Below are positions 13,830 through 27,534 of a stretch of 64,000 bases of DNA, piece by piece. The number at the start of each line of letters is the position of its first letter. Position 1 is the first letter of the stretch. The DNA lies in contig OZ024741.1 of NCBI GenBank assembly GCA_964016885.1, positions 50,468,001-50,532,000 on the forward strand, written 5' to 3'. The notes below the pieces were generated by a model. The model did no database searches and had not been told where the DNA came from. It worked only from the letters and a program-made list of their open reading frames with translations. This DNA is from Eledone cirrhosa. Taxonomy: Eukaryota. The translations under genes were made by a program, and so were the position numbers.

Positions 13830-14198
13830 ATGCCATCTGAGATCAGTTCCAAAGGTGCCAAGAAAGCCACCAAGGCTAAATCTTCCCGTTCTGGCGACAA
13901 GAAGACTAAGAGAAAGCGCAAAGAAAGTTACTCTATCTACATCTACAAAGTAATGAAACAAGTGCACCCCGATACGGGTATCTCCAGTAAGGCTATGTCC
14001 ATCATGAACAGCTTCGTTAATGATCTGTTCGAGAGGATTGCCGCTGAATCCAGCCGCTTGGCTCACTACAACAAACGTTCGACCATTAGTAGCCGCGAGG
14101 TGCAGACTGCTGTCCGTCTTCTTCTTCCAGGTGAACTAGCTAAACATGCTGTATCCGAAGGTACCAAGGCTGTTACCAAATATACTAGCAGCAAGTAA
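13830..14198 (+). CDS. H2B: Histone H2B (122 aa, intronless, solitary)
   Basis: Canonical fold [27 protein letters not shown]...[26 protein letters not shown], intact. Confidence 0.98.
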   Translation: MPSEISSKGAKKATKAKSSRSGDKKTKRKRKESYSIYIYKVMKQVHPDTGISSKAMSIMNSFVNDLFERIAAESSRLAHYNKRSTISSREVQTAVRLLLPGELAKHAVSEGTKAVTKYTSSK

Positions 14199-15164
14199 CC
14201 AGAGAAGTCCAAAGCCTCTTTGTTGCTAATTTTCGGCCGAGAAATGCGAAATATCTCAGAATATGTGATAAAACAAATCATTATTGTAGAAATTTCCCGT
14301 TCACCTGTGCAATGTCATTCATATATCTTCATCCTGTATTTCAGACAAGGCAAGTGTAAATTCCTTGCTTTGGTACTCTTACTTAAGCCCTTGCCCTATC
14401 ATATTTATTTTCCCTTCAAATATTTTGACTTTTTCCGTTAATTAAAGGTTGCCTGACTTTCTCTCATTCATCCTACTTAATGTGGTTTTTATTTTCATAC
14501 ATTTAATTTTTTTTTTTTCATTCAATGAAATTTTGATCCTGCAACTTCATCTCTATATTTTCTGTATTAAAACTCTTTTTGACGTGTCTCTGACAACTCT
14601 CGTCTCTTGTTTTATTGAAATTATATATACCCGCTCATAATTACATATTTGTTACTATTAATGCTGTTCCTTATCTGGATGTTATTGCCACATTTTAACG
14701 TATGTATATTTCTTGTTCCATCTGTTTAATGAAAGAAATATTTTTTTGTCCCTCCCCTCTTTATAATTTTGACAAGCGTTTTGCAAAACCTGTTAACAAA
14801 AAAAAAAATAAAGGGTTGGTGGTCCCTCCAAATGTTATTTCGAAGCTATAGAAATAACTAAATGAAAGATAATTCCAGACCTCAATATTTTCCCTATTAC
14901 GTTTTTCAGGCTGAGGCCATGCTGGGGCACCGCCATTATATATTTTAAATACGTTTACCAAAACCTAGATATTGTTCATTTTTGGTTTCTTTAATAAAAT
15001 TATCTTCAGTTCCCCAATATAACACCATTTCAAGGTACCACTACTTTTTACATTTTAGCCCTACACATCTCGGTGTCTTGTAGATGTCAGTCATCTAACA
15101 ATCAAAATAAATACGTAGTTTGTAGCCTAGGGTTAATGATCAGCATTATTTTATGCAGATGATC

Positions 15165-15282
15165 TGAGTTCAAATCCCGCCGAGGTTAACTTTGCCTTTC
15201 ATCCTTACGGGGTCGATAAAATAAAGTACCAGTAATGCACTAGGTTATTGCTGGCCTTGTGCCAAAAAAGTAGAAACAATTT
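15165..15282 (+). mobile_element. Family-B SINE (5'-truncated)
   Basis: GAGTTCAAATCCCGCCGAGGTTAACTTTGCCTTTCATCC...GTAGAAACAATT. Confidence 0.8.
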
Positions 15283-16374
15283 TATGCAGCAGTAGACAAC
15301 TTGAGTGAGGGGAGTTAATAGTTTCAACTAATGTTGAAGTGTTGTCTGGGTCATAAAATGAGCATAGAGGCCATGGTAAGAAGTACAGATTGTTTTCCTT
15401 TTATTCCTAATAAACTTTGTAACTGTCTTGATTGAAACAAATACCAGAGTCGTAACTGCTTTATGGATGAACTGTTACAGCAAACAGCCTCTGGGACCCA
15501 GTTTAAAGTTTTTTCATTTGAATTAACTAGATATATTTTAATATCTATTGGAAGAGGCATACAATTAATAAATGGAATTATTGCGGAGTACCTTCACCGA
15601 GTTAGAATACAAAAGAATATATATTCACATAGTCATAAACACTTTTGACTAACAATTCAACTTATCTGGATTTTAATTTGATACTAAGTTCTTTTGAAAA
15701 AACTGGGTCCCAATCTCAGAATTAAATTTTCATAATTTTTACCACTTTTACATCCTTATTAAACATAGGCGTTATTTAATTAAAAAAAAAAAAACATTCC
15801 CTATCTAAGTTCTGATAGTTTCAACTGAATATCTTAATATTAACCAAACTGGTGAAAACTGAAAGTTGCACTGGCCACACTGCCTAACTTGGTTCTCATT
15901 TTTTTATTGACTTGTACTAACCAGCTCCTATTAGTAATGTACTTGGTAATTGCTGGCCTTGTGCCAAAAGTAGAAACAATTATTTTAATTCTCATTAATT
16001 CTTGATAGTACAGATCACTCTTAGCCCATCTACGTATTCTACTATTGTTCTTTAATTCTGTTACATTGCCAAATACTGAAGTCTTTGCTATCTGCAATCT
16101 TAGCAAAAATTATAGCTAAATTAAGATACTATAGCATAATTTCCCAAACGAAATTCTAATTTTCTCTCGACATTCAAACTTATAACATAATTTCACCGTT
16201 CAACCAGTTTTCGTTGATGTTAAAGTAAACATTGTGTGTGTGTCTCCCTTTCGTGACTTTAACACTTACCCATCTCTGAACTACAGAAATTACCATTCAC
16301 TTCAAACTAGGTGTCTGTTGTTTGTTCTTTAAGCAATTCTCGTAGTTTTCTACATGTATTCCTGTTACTATTTT

Positions 16375-16652
16375 GGCCATCACTCCTGATATTAAAGTAT
16401 TGTTCTGAAGAAAAATATCAATCTCATAGATTCGATACTATGTGGCCTTAACATAACTTTCCATTACTCTATATTTATTATTGTATTTTCACGGTAAAGG
16501 CTTTACCACACATAATATCGAATCAGAGATTTTGATATTTATCTTGAACAATACCTTAATATCAGTATGAGTGGTTGGTTACAACCAGTTTGAACAGAAA
16601 GAGGTGACAGAATTCTAGCCAGATACAGCCAATTTAAATGCTAAAGGGTTAA
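16375..16652. mobile_element. piggyBac-type MITE copy preceded by an inverted partial copy
   Basis: Right end TAAATGCTAAAGGG-TTAA as in 59127-59347; ~16378-16445 is the reverse complement of ~16507-16575. Confidence 0.65.
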
Positions 16653-17944
16653 ATGAAATTGCGGAGACAAAAGCTAAAAATTTGTAATTTAAATATGTAA
16701 CAAATTTATGGGGTATGCTAGTCCGTTGATCGATCAATCGACAGAGGTCTAACTACGATGTAAACTGCTGTTAGGTCAAGATACTGAACAAACTTATGAT
16801 CTGCCATTCCAACCACCTCTTTTTCAGGCAGTCTCCATAACATCATTCAATCCGTTGCTTCCTTTTCCTTCAAGATGATAAAGTTTTCCTTATATTACAA
16901 TCTATTTCTGACAAGTGGAAAACCATTCCTTCAAATAACTGCTTAACCGAAGTAGAATTTATGCCGTCAGACAAGCTTATGTTTGACAAGATCTGATCGC
17001 GTGGTCCATTTTAACTGCCATAGTATCTCAACAGTTTGTTCATTAGTGACAAAAGCAAATCCAAAGTCTATGCGTGGAAACATAGGTGAGTGAGAGGTTT
17101 AGAGCTGTGACATGTCCAACCTTGCTAGCAGGGAAAACAAGCATTATGACGACAGTACTCAATTCAATTAAAAACTACGAAGTTTATTTGAAACGTATAC
17201 AGCTAAAGGGAAGTAACTCATTATGTTATGCTAAATGGTGTCCAAACGTCCTTTAGCAACAAATCATCTCTTAATGAGCAGACCTATAATGAAAAGTAAT
17301 CCAGTGACGATCCGATGCTTTTAGGGCGTATCTAGTAGGTTGAGCAACCACATCAAATCTAAAGACGTTAACTGTAAAGTGCGGGAGACTCGGCCTGCAT
17401 AGGCTGGTTCAACTTGGCTGCCCGTTATAAATAGAAGCCAAACCCCTATTAGTAATGCAGTCCTGGATACGTCAGAGAAAAAAAAAAAAAAAGTTTTGAC
17501 CTGACATGGTCTGGGTTTAAATATTTCCTTCACTACCAGCTTGTCATTAGATTGCGGTCATACCACCTTCATGGGACTTGGCCAGCCATCATATCGACCC
17601 CCTAGTAATTATTTTGATCTCTTTGTAGAACTTATTTATGAGACAAACATACAATAGATTTCCAGTTTGTTTACCAAAGGGACCGCCAGTGCTTTGTAGG
17701 GGGACTGAACATGAAACCACATCGTTGCAAAGAAAATCTAACAACAGTCATGCCTGCACTTTTTAGTTGTTTAAAGATGTTCCATCTGTGACTACCCCAT
17801 CTTATTTCCAGACAGTATATATATATATGTAAAACTACAATATGACATCTTACATTTTGTGTGTTATGGTGATTTTTTTTTTAAATATTTCTAGCAGGTT
17901 GAGTGACCATGTTGAAGCACCCTTGCTGGCTTATCTATCTAGAC

Positions 17945-18340
17945 TAAGGACATGTTGGAAGAAGTTTAGAGAGCTGCTTCGTCTGTGTACGACAAGGGTT
18001 TCTTCCTACGAACGAAAAGTCACTTGTATGGTGTCTGTGCAATGGTGCATGGCAGTGAGACATGGGCAGCAACTGTGTAGGATATGCGAAGCCTGGAGAG
18101 AAATGAAGCATGCTCCGTTGGATGTGAACGACCAAGCATAGACGAGTTGAGTGAAACTGTATAAGAGGGATAAACTAGTGTGCAGGAGAGAAAACTGCAT
18201 TGATATGGCCATGTGATGCACATGGAAGAAAAACAAAGGCAGAGGTGGTGAGAGCTGAAACTCAGATGACAAATGGAGATGCTGTCTAAAGAGGACCCGT
18301 CCCACCCTTGCAAGCAAGGAAAAGCAGACATAAAATGATG
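17945..18340 (+). mobile_element. Degenerate RTE LINE 3' fragment
   Basis: WKKFRELL, HGSETW motifs and the family 3' tail. Confidence 0.7.
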
Positions 18341-18599
18341 AAGGTATATATATATAGATAGATACATAAAAGTGACATAACTGACAATATTAAGGATTTT
18401 TAACTGGTTGGTCAGATTTTAGATAGTTTAGTTGATTTAATCTACCCTAGCACTCAGTATTTTCTTAACCCTACACCAGACAAGTGTCTAGCTTAGTTGC
18501 TCAATTATATGAATATCAGTATGGCTCTGTGTCAAATAAAATTTTACCAAAACTAAACACCAGCAACAACCAAGAAAGAAAACCACTTTATAAATATAT

Positions 18600-18605
18600 T
18601 TTATT
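18600..18605 (-). terminator. EEF1B2 polyadenylation signal
   Basis: AATAAA on the minus strand 32 nt after the stop codon. Confidence 0.6.
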
Positions 18606-18637
18606 ACATTGTTTTTGTTGACAGAATTTGAAGAAAT

Positions 18638-18724
18638 TTAAATTTTATTGAAAGCAGCAATGTCTACAGACTGTACATAATCTTCAAATTTGACAATTTC
18701 TTCTTCAAGATAATCTGTGCCAAC
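18638..18724 (-). CDS. EEF1B2: Elongation factor 1-beta, exon 6 (last)
   Basis: tag|VGTDYLEEEIVKFEDYVQSVDIAAFNKI*; diagnostic eEF1B C-terminus. Confidence 0.97.
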   Translation of the reverse strand, partial: VGTDYLEEEIVKFEDYVQSVDIAAFNKI

Positions 18725-20171
18725 CTAAAAATAAAGGCAAGAAATGGGTTAAGTGTTTATATTAGAAGTAGATGTTTAGGGCCGAAACACTTGTTTGAAG
18801 CAGGGAGGGGGCTCTTTTCTGATGACCTGCTGTTCAGCTCTGAGTTTCTTATTAATGTACACACATACATCTATATAGGCATGTGAATGTATGTATGTAC
18901 ATTTTAAAATCGCTGTCAATTAATTATATAAAATATATGTTGCTTTGGACAAATGGGCATACCAGCATGGTTAGAAGCCACAAAAAGAAACTTGCATCTT
19001 CTTGAAACTATACAGACAAGGACTGTTTATGCATTTAATTTCATACTGTAAGTGGTGATGTTTGTTACACGTTTCCAAACTGTTACAAATACAAGGAAGT
19101 AACATTGTTTGAAAAGCACTGGTTTCTTACTTATTTGACCATGTTCACAAACTTTGCTGGTATAAATCGAAACTTCCCCATTAATAATTTTAATTTTTAG
19201 TACAGCATGATCAATCATCTTCATGAGATAATACAAGAATTGTAGTACGATCTGAACCCATGATCATGTGATCAGTAGTCCAACTTTTTAATCTTAAGAA
19301 AGGTAGAGCAGTGCCCAAGGCATCCGCAGCCCTTCATAACACCCACAACAAAGAAATTGCACACACTGAACTGTTGGACACGGTAACCAAGTGAATTCCT
19401 CTGAAAGCCATTGTGTTCAACAATGCAGGGTTAAAGACTAGGGTTTCAACTTTCTAGCTAACATTTAAGTATATTTCTTTTAGCTACTTTTTGAAAGAGA
19501 AAATAACCTCCCCAGAACATATCTCCTGCTCTATTAAATACTCTGACAACACAAACACTGCAGTGGATCCATTGTAGACACTCTTGGTCTTCATTTATTA
19601 TCATGCTGCCTCAATGCTGGTTGCTTTCCACAATATTAAGTATGGAGTAGATGTTGCTGGTTCCCCATCACAGACTGAACCAATGATGGGATAACAAAAA
19701 GACCAGATGGTATCACAATCTTTCCCATTATGTGGTGAGAAGCCTTTCATTTGCAATATGATCTACAACAATAGGTCAACTTGTTGAAGTATACCAGCCA
19801 CTTTCCTATAGCTTTATCGACATCAGTGGAAACATCAGGGATACTGGGTATGGAAACCACCTCCCTACTTACTTCAATTGAGAGAGTTAGTCACCTGCAA
19901 GAATGAACCCAGTAAGTTGGACTGGCCCTTTCAGTGCACCTTCTTTGCTACCCTCTCGGGTAACACTTGTGCAATTCTGTTCACTGGGACCACAAGGTTA
20001 CACCCTCCAAGTTTTGCACTTAAGAGAGACAGAACAAGCAAACAAAAGAATGTGACAGATTGTTTGTTTTCTGGCTTCTAGCTTATTTAAATCTAATTAT
20101 ATATTGTTAATTTTCAATAAGTGTCATGCAAAATAAATTTACCCAATATGTAGTAAATTCAAACTAATTAC

Positions 20172-20239
20172 CTTTTCATCCTCAACTACACAGGTTATCT
20201 GTAGCTTTTGAATGCCATAGCCTACAGGAACTAATTTAG
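20172..20239 (-). CDS. EEF1B2: Elongation factor 1-beta, exon 5
   Basis: cag|(S)KLVPVGYGIQKLQITCVVEDEK|gtaatt; phases consistent with neighbours. Confidence 0.97.
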
Positions 20240-20589
20240 CTGGAAAGAGAGAAAAATCAAGATGAGGAATGACTAGAAAGTTGTTATTTTTTTTAACTTT
20301 TAAGTTAACATACATACAATTGTCACAAAGCCTTCTATAACGTCATCGTTTAATGTCTTGCTCATAGGCTCTGTCTTCAATTTGGTTTCTATGGCTGGAT
20401 GCCCTTAGCATTTTGTCATGACTTCAACAATAACCTCCTACAGTGGACTGGGTGACTTTCATCATGGCACCAGGACTACCTTATTATGACACTAAAGTGC
20501 TTGTTGTATCCTTGGCCAGGCTAGCAAGGCACTGATGGGAGGGAAGGGTCAGAAGATAAGGGGGTCATGTGTATATATATAAATATATA

Positions 20590-21755
20590 ATCATTGATAA
20601 CATCTGCTTTCTTTGCTAGCAAGGGTTGGACAGGTCTACAAAGACCAAGTCAATACTGCTGCTGGGCTACCGACCTCCAAAACAAACTAGAATTTTGCAT
20701 CTTGCTTATGTAGTCGTACATTCTATCGAGTGCACAGGAGAGGTTGTCATGTCTTATGACATAACTGAAGGATCTTCCCAACCTTTGGCAAGCTTTCTGC
20801 AACTGGATGCCCCAATCATTTTACAGCATGTACTGGGTGCGTTTCTCGTGTAGATCCCCAACACTAGAGAGGTTGTTGTGTCGTTGACTCAATGGAAGGG
20901 TTCTCTCAATCCTTCTAGGCATGATTTCAACAGCAGGTTGTCCTTACAGTTGTACTTACAGAGTGTACTGGGTGCATTTCATGGCACTGTTTCTGAAGAG
21001 CCCTTTATGTTCTGGGGAGGGAGATAGGTATGAAGTTATAGGTGTATGTGGTGATTTGCAGAGTGATGAGTAAGGGAAAGAGGTGGCAGATTAATGTATG
21101 GGGAGAATGGTTGTGGTATGAGGAATGTGGTCAAAGTGCGGAGAGATAGGTAAAGGGTAATAGAGTGAGGGGGTACACAAGAAATAGAGAGAGAGTAGTT
21201 ACTAGGGTGCAATGCTGAAGATATCTAAGGGCTTTAAAGGGGAGGAATAGTCAAGGAATGGTTCTGGAGCGTAGATGGTGAGAAAGCTGCTGGGATGTAC
21301 TAGTGGAAGGGAAGGGGATACATATGAGTGGGTCTGGTCCTATTTTATATTTGTGACCAGGTCTTCACCATCACAGCAGTGTCAGGCCTCTTGATCCTTT
21401 GATATCTCCATTGTAAAGTTTAGTTTCTTAAGGTCAGTCATCACTACCTCGCCCCAAGTCTTCTTTTTCCTCAGGTTCCAACCACTGGAATTTCTCTGCA
21501 TTTATTTATGTAGCTGCCATCCTCCATACACATCACATATCCATACCAGTACAGTCTTCTCTCTTACACACTACATCCAATTCCTCCAATGCCAAGTTTT
21601 CCTCTCAGTTCACTTATGCTACAACATTCATATACACTAACATTACACATCCATTGGAGCATACTTGCTTCATTTCTTTTCAACATTTGCAGGTCTTCTG
21701 TGGTTAAGGCCCATATTTCATTGCCATGTAGCATTATATTTTGCACACAAGCATC
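20590..21755 (-). mobile_element. Degenerate RTE LINE 3' part with purine-rich 3' region
   Basis: MLHGNEIWALTTEDLQMLKRNEASMLQWMC translation; family tail near 20590. Confidence 0.7.
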
Positions 21756-22346
21756 ACACACACATATATATGTATATACATGAAGCACTGCAATGTGAAG
21801 TTCAAAGATGCACCCCCCACCACCACCACCTCATTTATTTATCCCCTTCCAGACTCGTTTTCACATCCTAGGTGATTAGATTGAGTGTCTAACTCGCTCT
21901 CTCTTTCTTTCTCTATTTTCCCTTCTTCACTCTCATATTCCATTACACATCATTTCTCTCTCTCTCCCATTCTCTACCGAATGGAGACAGACAATTACAA
22001 AATAAAAACAATATAAATTACTAACCCATGCAAGAGTGGAAAAATAGACGTTAAATGACAATAATGTCTTACATCAAAAATAGACGTTAAATGACAATGA
22101 TGTTTTACATCAAAAATGTTACCATTACCTGTCCGGTGAGTTGGGGATCAATAATGTTTTGTCAGTGTATGTTTTCTATTTTCTAAATACAAGACAGATA
22201 CAACTGTTTGCAGAGAATACTTATTTTCCGATATGAATTGAAGCATTTTAGAACATTTGTCTCTCTTTTTCTTCCACATATTTACATTCCATGAACACTA
22301 AATAATATTTCTTTTAGAACATTATCAGTATTAAAAATCTACTTAC

Positions 22347-22472
22347 AAGCACCCCACAATAGGCCATCAGTACTAAGACTTCGTACACATTGCTCTAACT
22401 TGGCCATGTCGGTCTCATCGTCCCATGGCTTCACGTCCAAAATGATGTTACTCTTGGCAATAAGGGCAGGTT
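22347..22472 (-). CDS. EEF1B2: Elongation factor 1-beta, exon 4
   Basis: cag|(K)[41 protein letters not shown]|gtaagt; GEF domain KPWDDETD motif. Confidence 0.98.
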
Positions 22473-22857
22473 CTGAATGAGAGAAAGAAAACATAAACAA
22501 GCAAAAATACAACATATCAAAAACTGAAGATCTGTACACACACACAGCTTTACTAACTTTATATATTCTGTAACGATTATTTCATCACAGTTAGGGTTGT
22601 CATTGCTAGGGCCACAAGTAGATTTTGCTATTTTCAGGCCTGCATGCTACTCTTTTCAATTATCAACTAAATTAGGACTGACATGCAGGCAATATACATA
22701 TATGTATCCCTGCATGTCATAAAAAGTGACTAAAAGGGTTAGTGTCAGGAAGGCCATTCAGTTGTAAAACATTGCTTCAAAAATCTCATCCAGCCCATAC
22801 TAGCATGGAAAAGTCAATGTAAAAACAGCACCGATGCTAATATATATATATACGTAT

Positions 22858-23168
22858 GGAGGCACATGGCTTAGTGGTTAGAGCATTGGCCTTGCAATCG
22901 AAAGGTTGTGAGTTCAATTCTCAGATCGGGTGATGTGTTATTTCCTTGAGCAAGATACTTTATTTCACATTGATCCAGTTTACTCAACTGTAGAAATGAG
23001 ATGATAGGGACTGGGGTCCCTATCATTCCACGGCAAAAAAGCACCCAGCACTCACTGTAAATGAGGTTGGTGTTAAGAAGGGCATCCAGCTGTAGAAATC
23101 AAGCCAGAATCAATTCCCGTCCCACCCTTGCAAGCAGGGAAAAGCGGACGTAAAATGACATGATGATG
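22858..23168 (+). mobile_element. tRNA-headed CORE-type SINE, family A, with RTE-derived tail
   Basis: A-box TGGCTTAGTGG, B-box AGTTCAATTC, CORE-like CCTTGAGCAAGA..ACTTT...CTGTAGAAATGAG, tail shared with RTE 3' end. Confidence 0.85.
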
Positions 23169-23985
23169 TATACACACACATGCTGCACTACAGAAGTTTC
23201 ACATTTCCACACAAGCAGGATGAAATGAGATGAGCATGGAAGGTGTGTTAGGCTACTTACTTCCATCACCCCACCCCCTCCCACTTCGTATCCCCTCCCC
23301 CACTCAACTCATTTTTCATCACATTCACATCCTCGACTTTTCCCTGTACAAACCTCGCCAGATGCAGCTCATTCTTTCTCTTTCCAAGACCAACACTCGC
23401 TCACTACTCCCTTTCTTCATCCAAAGCTGGGTGCACACCACAATATCACTCCCTCTAAAGCCACCCTTCCCTCTATCAACAAACAAGTAGCCTACACCTT
23501 GCTCTCTATCACAGCCCACCCAGCCAGGCTGAGAAGACAAGTGCCCTTGTGTTAAAACATGGTAGTGCTGGTTCCACAATAAAATGTGCTCAGCCCACAC
23601 TGGAAAATAGATGATAAAATACACCCAGTCTACCCAGTAAAGTGGCAGTGCTGATGCAACAATGAAATGCACCCAGCCCAGTCAATTGGTAGTGATGGCA
23701 CCTTGAATAAAACACCCTATCCACCCTGTTAAGTGGCAGTGGTGGTGCCACAAAAAACAAAACTCAATACACACCATGAACTGGTTGCTGTTAGTAAGGG
23801 CCATTTATGAAGAACGAGACAGTCATCTGACCTCTCTAACCCATGGAAAATAATCATAAAACAGTGGTAAGGATCATCCTCATCGTTTTACGTCTATCTT
23901 CCACGCTAGCATGGGTTTAGACGGGATGATGATGATAATAGGGTCATATTTATATGGCAAAAATAAATAAAAATAATTAACTCAC

Positions 23986-24176
23986 TCTTGCTTTTCTTTA
24001 AATTATATTCCTCAATTCGCTGTTGTATTGCCTTTTGTTTTTCAGCACTGTCTTCATCGTCAGAGCCAAACAGATCGATATCATCATCATCATCATCATC
24101 ATCAGCAGCTGGTTTAGCCACTGCAGCAGATGTTGCTGTGCCATACGAATCTAGACTCTTCTTTGCTCCGGGGAAT
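23986..24176 (-). CDS. EEF1B2: Elongation factor 1-beta, exon 3
   Basis: cag|(K)FPGAKKSLDSYG...DDDDIDLFGSDDED...EEYNLKKSK|gtgagt; acidic DLFGSD (CK2) motif. Confidence 0.97.
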
Positions 24177-24600
24177 CTGACAACATAAATCAAACATTGA
24201 AAATATACACATCTAACAAACTCTGTTTTAGGGTATAGTTAAATCAACAGTACAGTCCATGGATCATTAATAATCGACAGGTTTTAACAGCTGCCAGTAG
24301 GTTCCTTAAGTTATATCCCTTTCCTCTACAACCCCCACCCCAGTCTCAACTCCCATCACATCATATCAAAGGAAGAGATGTCCTCCCAGAGATTAATGTC
24401 TGGATGTCATTAGTATAATTAGTAAACACATTACATAATGCAGTTTGTTTATAAAGGACTTTGAATGTTATTACAGAGTATAGTTAACTTATGACATTTG
24501 ATGCCACAAACTGACACAATGCAATGTAGTACATAACAGTTAAATAAAAGATTATCAAGTAACAATTTTAACACCATCCTACAATACAAAACTATTTGTT

Positions 24601-24800
24601 TTAACCTTTTACCATTTACATTACTCTATATATACTATTGTATTTTTGTAGTAAATGCTTCATATTATATAATTATTTCACATAATATCGAATCTATGAG
24701 ATTTTGGTGTTATTTATTTTGAGAACAATACCTTAACGTCAGTATGAGAAGCTGGTTACAGTCGGTTTGAACAGAAAGAGACGAGAGAATTCTGGCCAGT
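24601..24800. mobile_element. piggyBac-type MITE copy, right end decayed
   Basis: TTAA-CCTTTTACCATTTAC start; body matches 59127-59347. Confidence 0.65.
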
Positions 24801-25861
24801 TAAAGTGTTTATATTTATCTAAAAACTGTCCATCATAAATTTTGTTAAGACTTGTTTATGCTCCAAACTCCAGCTTAATAACAAGAAAGTTATTTTATCT
24901 AACCCTGCCAAACTGATTATTTTCAGAATTATTTGAAATAAATTGGCAATGTCAGCCATTAAACATGCAATAATGTGATAGTGTCATCTATTAAACATTT
25001 AGTAATGTGGCAGTGTCGGTCATTAAACATGTAGTAAGTATCATGGCAGCGCCATCCATTAAACATGTAGTAACAAAAGGTGGCAATATGTTATATGGAC
25101 TTGTTTCTAGTTTAGTCAGAGGAGAGGGCAGTGCTCTCGATCAATTTGCTGGACTGGCAAGACATGTGGCAGGAAACCACAATTCATGAATTATATTGAA
25201 GACTGCTGAAGAAATAGTCTGAGTAATTGCAACAGCGTGGAATCTCTGCTAAAGGTATCCATGGGTCAGGTGATAGTATTAGATAAAGTCTATCGTCCAA
25301 GAATAGGAACGCTCTCGACAACAGACTTCCAAGGTTTCTGTCTCCAATAATTTCACTCATAAAACTCGAATCAACCCAAGGTTGTGATAGAAGACACTAA
25401 TCCAATCTGTGAGACAGTGGGATCAATACTGGAACATGGCAATGCCATTGTCTACAAGGGTGTGTTAGGATTATATTATTACACCGTAAATAAACAAAAT
25501 AAGAACAATCTTACATTATTTTATCCAACATAGTAGAAAACAGCCAGGAAAAATTCTGTTTTCCTCATTATCTATGGTTCCATTGTTGCAGAAACTTTAG
25601 TCATCCTTAAACTGCAGAATCCCTATTTTGCAAACAACCCCAATTTTAATGACATTAACTAAAATAAAATTGTCTTAAAAAGACACTTTATTCAAATAAA
25701 AGAAAAAAAAAGTTTTTTTTTTTTTTTTTTTTTAAACGAATAATATTAAATAAGTATAGGGACTCATGAAACCCGAAGGTTCTTCGAATCTCAGATTGGG
25801 CAAACACCAGTCAATAGGTATTAGGTGTACTAATAAGTAAATAAGACAAAATAGGACTTAC

Positions 25862-25984
25862 TTTGCAACTTGTCCCTTGAAAGATTTAATGTGTTCAAAC
25901 CAACGTTTGGCATGACAGTAATTCGGTGATGGTGAAGTAGAAATGCCAGCAAAGACAACACTATCAGCTTGAGATGGTTCATAG
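25862..25984 (-). CDS. EEF1B2: Elongation factor 1-beta, exon 2 (123 nt)
   Basis: cag|(G)YEPSQADSVVFAGISTSPSPNYCHAKRWFEHIKSFKGQVA|gtaagt. Confidence 0.97.
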
Positions 25985-26377
25985 CTGAAAGTAATGAAAA
26001 ATACAATTATAAGTTTTATTATCTGAGAGGATAGGAGAACAGTCGATTGTCAGTATTGGTAGAGCGTTGACAGCATGCTTCACAGTATAGTTAAGGCCCT
26101 TTACATTTCAAATCACGCCAAGGTTAGTTTTGCTTTTCATCTTTACGGGGTCGATAAAAAAAGTACCAGTAACACATTGACTTCTCCATCTCCTATAATT
26201 GTTGGCCTTGTGTCTAAATCAGAAATCATTATCTAAGAGGATAACCTCTACAATTCAGTAGATTATCTGTTAAATCTTAACATATGTAATAATTCTGGAG
26301 AAAATATCCAAAAATGGGGTCTGTTAACGGCATTTATATTACTCTATATTTACTATTGTATTTTCACTGTAAACACT

Positions 26378-26712
26378 TTCATTTTCATTTCATTTTACGT
26401 CCGCTTTTCCCTGCTTGCAAGGGTGGGACGGGAACTGATTCTGGCTTGATTTCTACAGCTGGATGCCCTTCCTAACACCAACCTCATTTACAGTGAGTGC
26501 TGGGTGCTTTTTTGCCGTGGCACCTCCACGACCACTTTGCAGTGGAATGATAGGGACCCCAGTCCCTATCATCTCATTTCTACAGCTGAGTAAACTGGAG
26601 CAATGTGAAATAGTGTCTTGCTCAAGGAAACAACACACCACCCGGTCTGAGAATTGAACTCACAACCTTTCGATTTCAAGGCCAATGCTCTAACCACTAA
26701 GCCATGTGCCTC
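26378..26712 (-). mobile_element. Family-A CORE SINE nested inside a piggyBac-type MITE (MITE ~26323-26855)
   Basis: Full SINE; flanks 26330-26377 and 26713-26850 rejoin into the MITE body. Confidence 0.8.
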
Positions 26713-27534
26713 ATCACACATAAAATCAAATCTACGAGATTTTAATATTTTTTATTTTGAGAACAATAGTTTAACATCAGTATGAGAAGCTGGTTACAGC
26801 CAGTTTGAACAGAAAGAGGTGATATAATTCTGGCCGGATATGGTTAATTCAAATTACTAGTAGGCATATCATGAAAATTTGCAGTATTAGATAAAAACTT
26901 AAATTTCCATTGTACTGTTTGCTACTTTAGGGGCATTGTCTTCAAGGGATTTAGTTAACAATATTGACTCCCCGCTTTTTATATTATCTACATATTCCTG
27001 GGAGCAGAATCCTCAAACACTCATTCCAGTGGGTCCTGTCAGAAGCAACTATCTCCAATTGATCCAGCTGGATCCTCAAGCGAGACCAGCCAATCTTATG
27101 GATGTTGCTTTGGGTCGCCTGCTAGTTGGTTTTGCTCATAAAATTTGTTGTCATTCTTTTCCTAGACATTATAACCACATGCCCGTAATATCAGAGCTGT
27201 GATCTCTCAATTTGGAGAAGTAGCAGCTCTCTGAACTAAGCACTCTATTGAGTAATGTTACTCCAAAGGACCTTTGGCAGAACCCCATTTTTTAAAAAAC
27301 ATCTGATACTTATTTTATCAATCTCTTTGTCGAACCTCTCAGTTACACAATATAAACAGTAAACACAAACAAATATAAATTCAGCAGGCTTCTGCAGTTT
27401 CCACCTACCAATTCCACTCACAAGGTTGCAAAGCAAACTCCTTAAAACAAATTGTGTATTTACATGCAAAAAATTACAGAATTTTGACCTGTATAATCTG
27501 AATAGCTTCACTTTTTGTAATTATGCAAATTAAA

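Noticed and set aside
13809-14066. Antisense ORF over H2B
   Set aside because: Shadow ORF from histone codon usage.
18780-18840. GAAAC...CTGATGA hammerhead-like words in EEF1B2 intron 5
   Set aside because: Stems I and II cannot be formed in the required register.
19268-19342. Possible C/D snoRNA (GTTATGA...CTGA, minus strand)
   Set aside because: Box C is mismatched, the terminal stem is only 3 bp, and no convincing rRNA guide was recognised.
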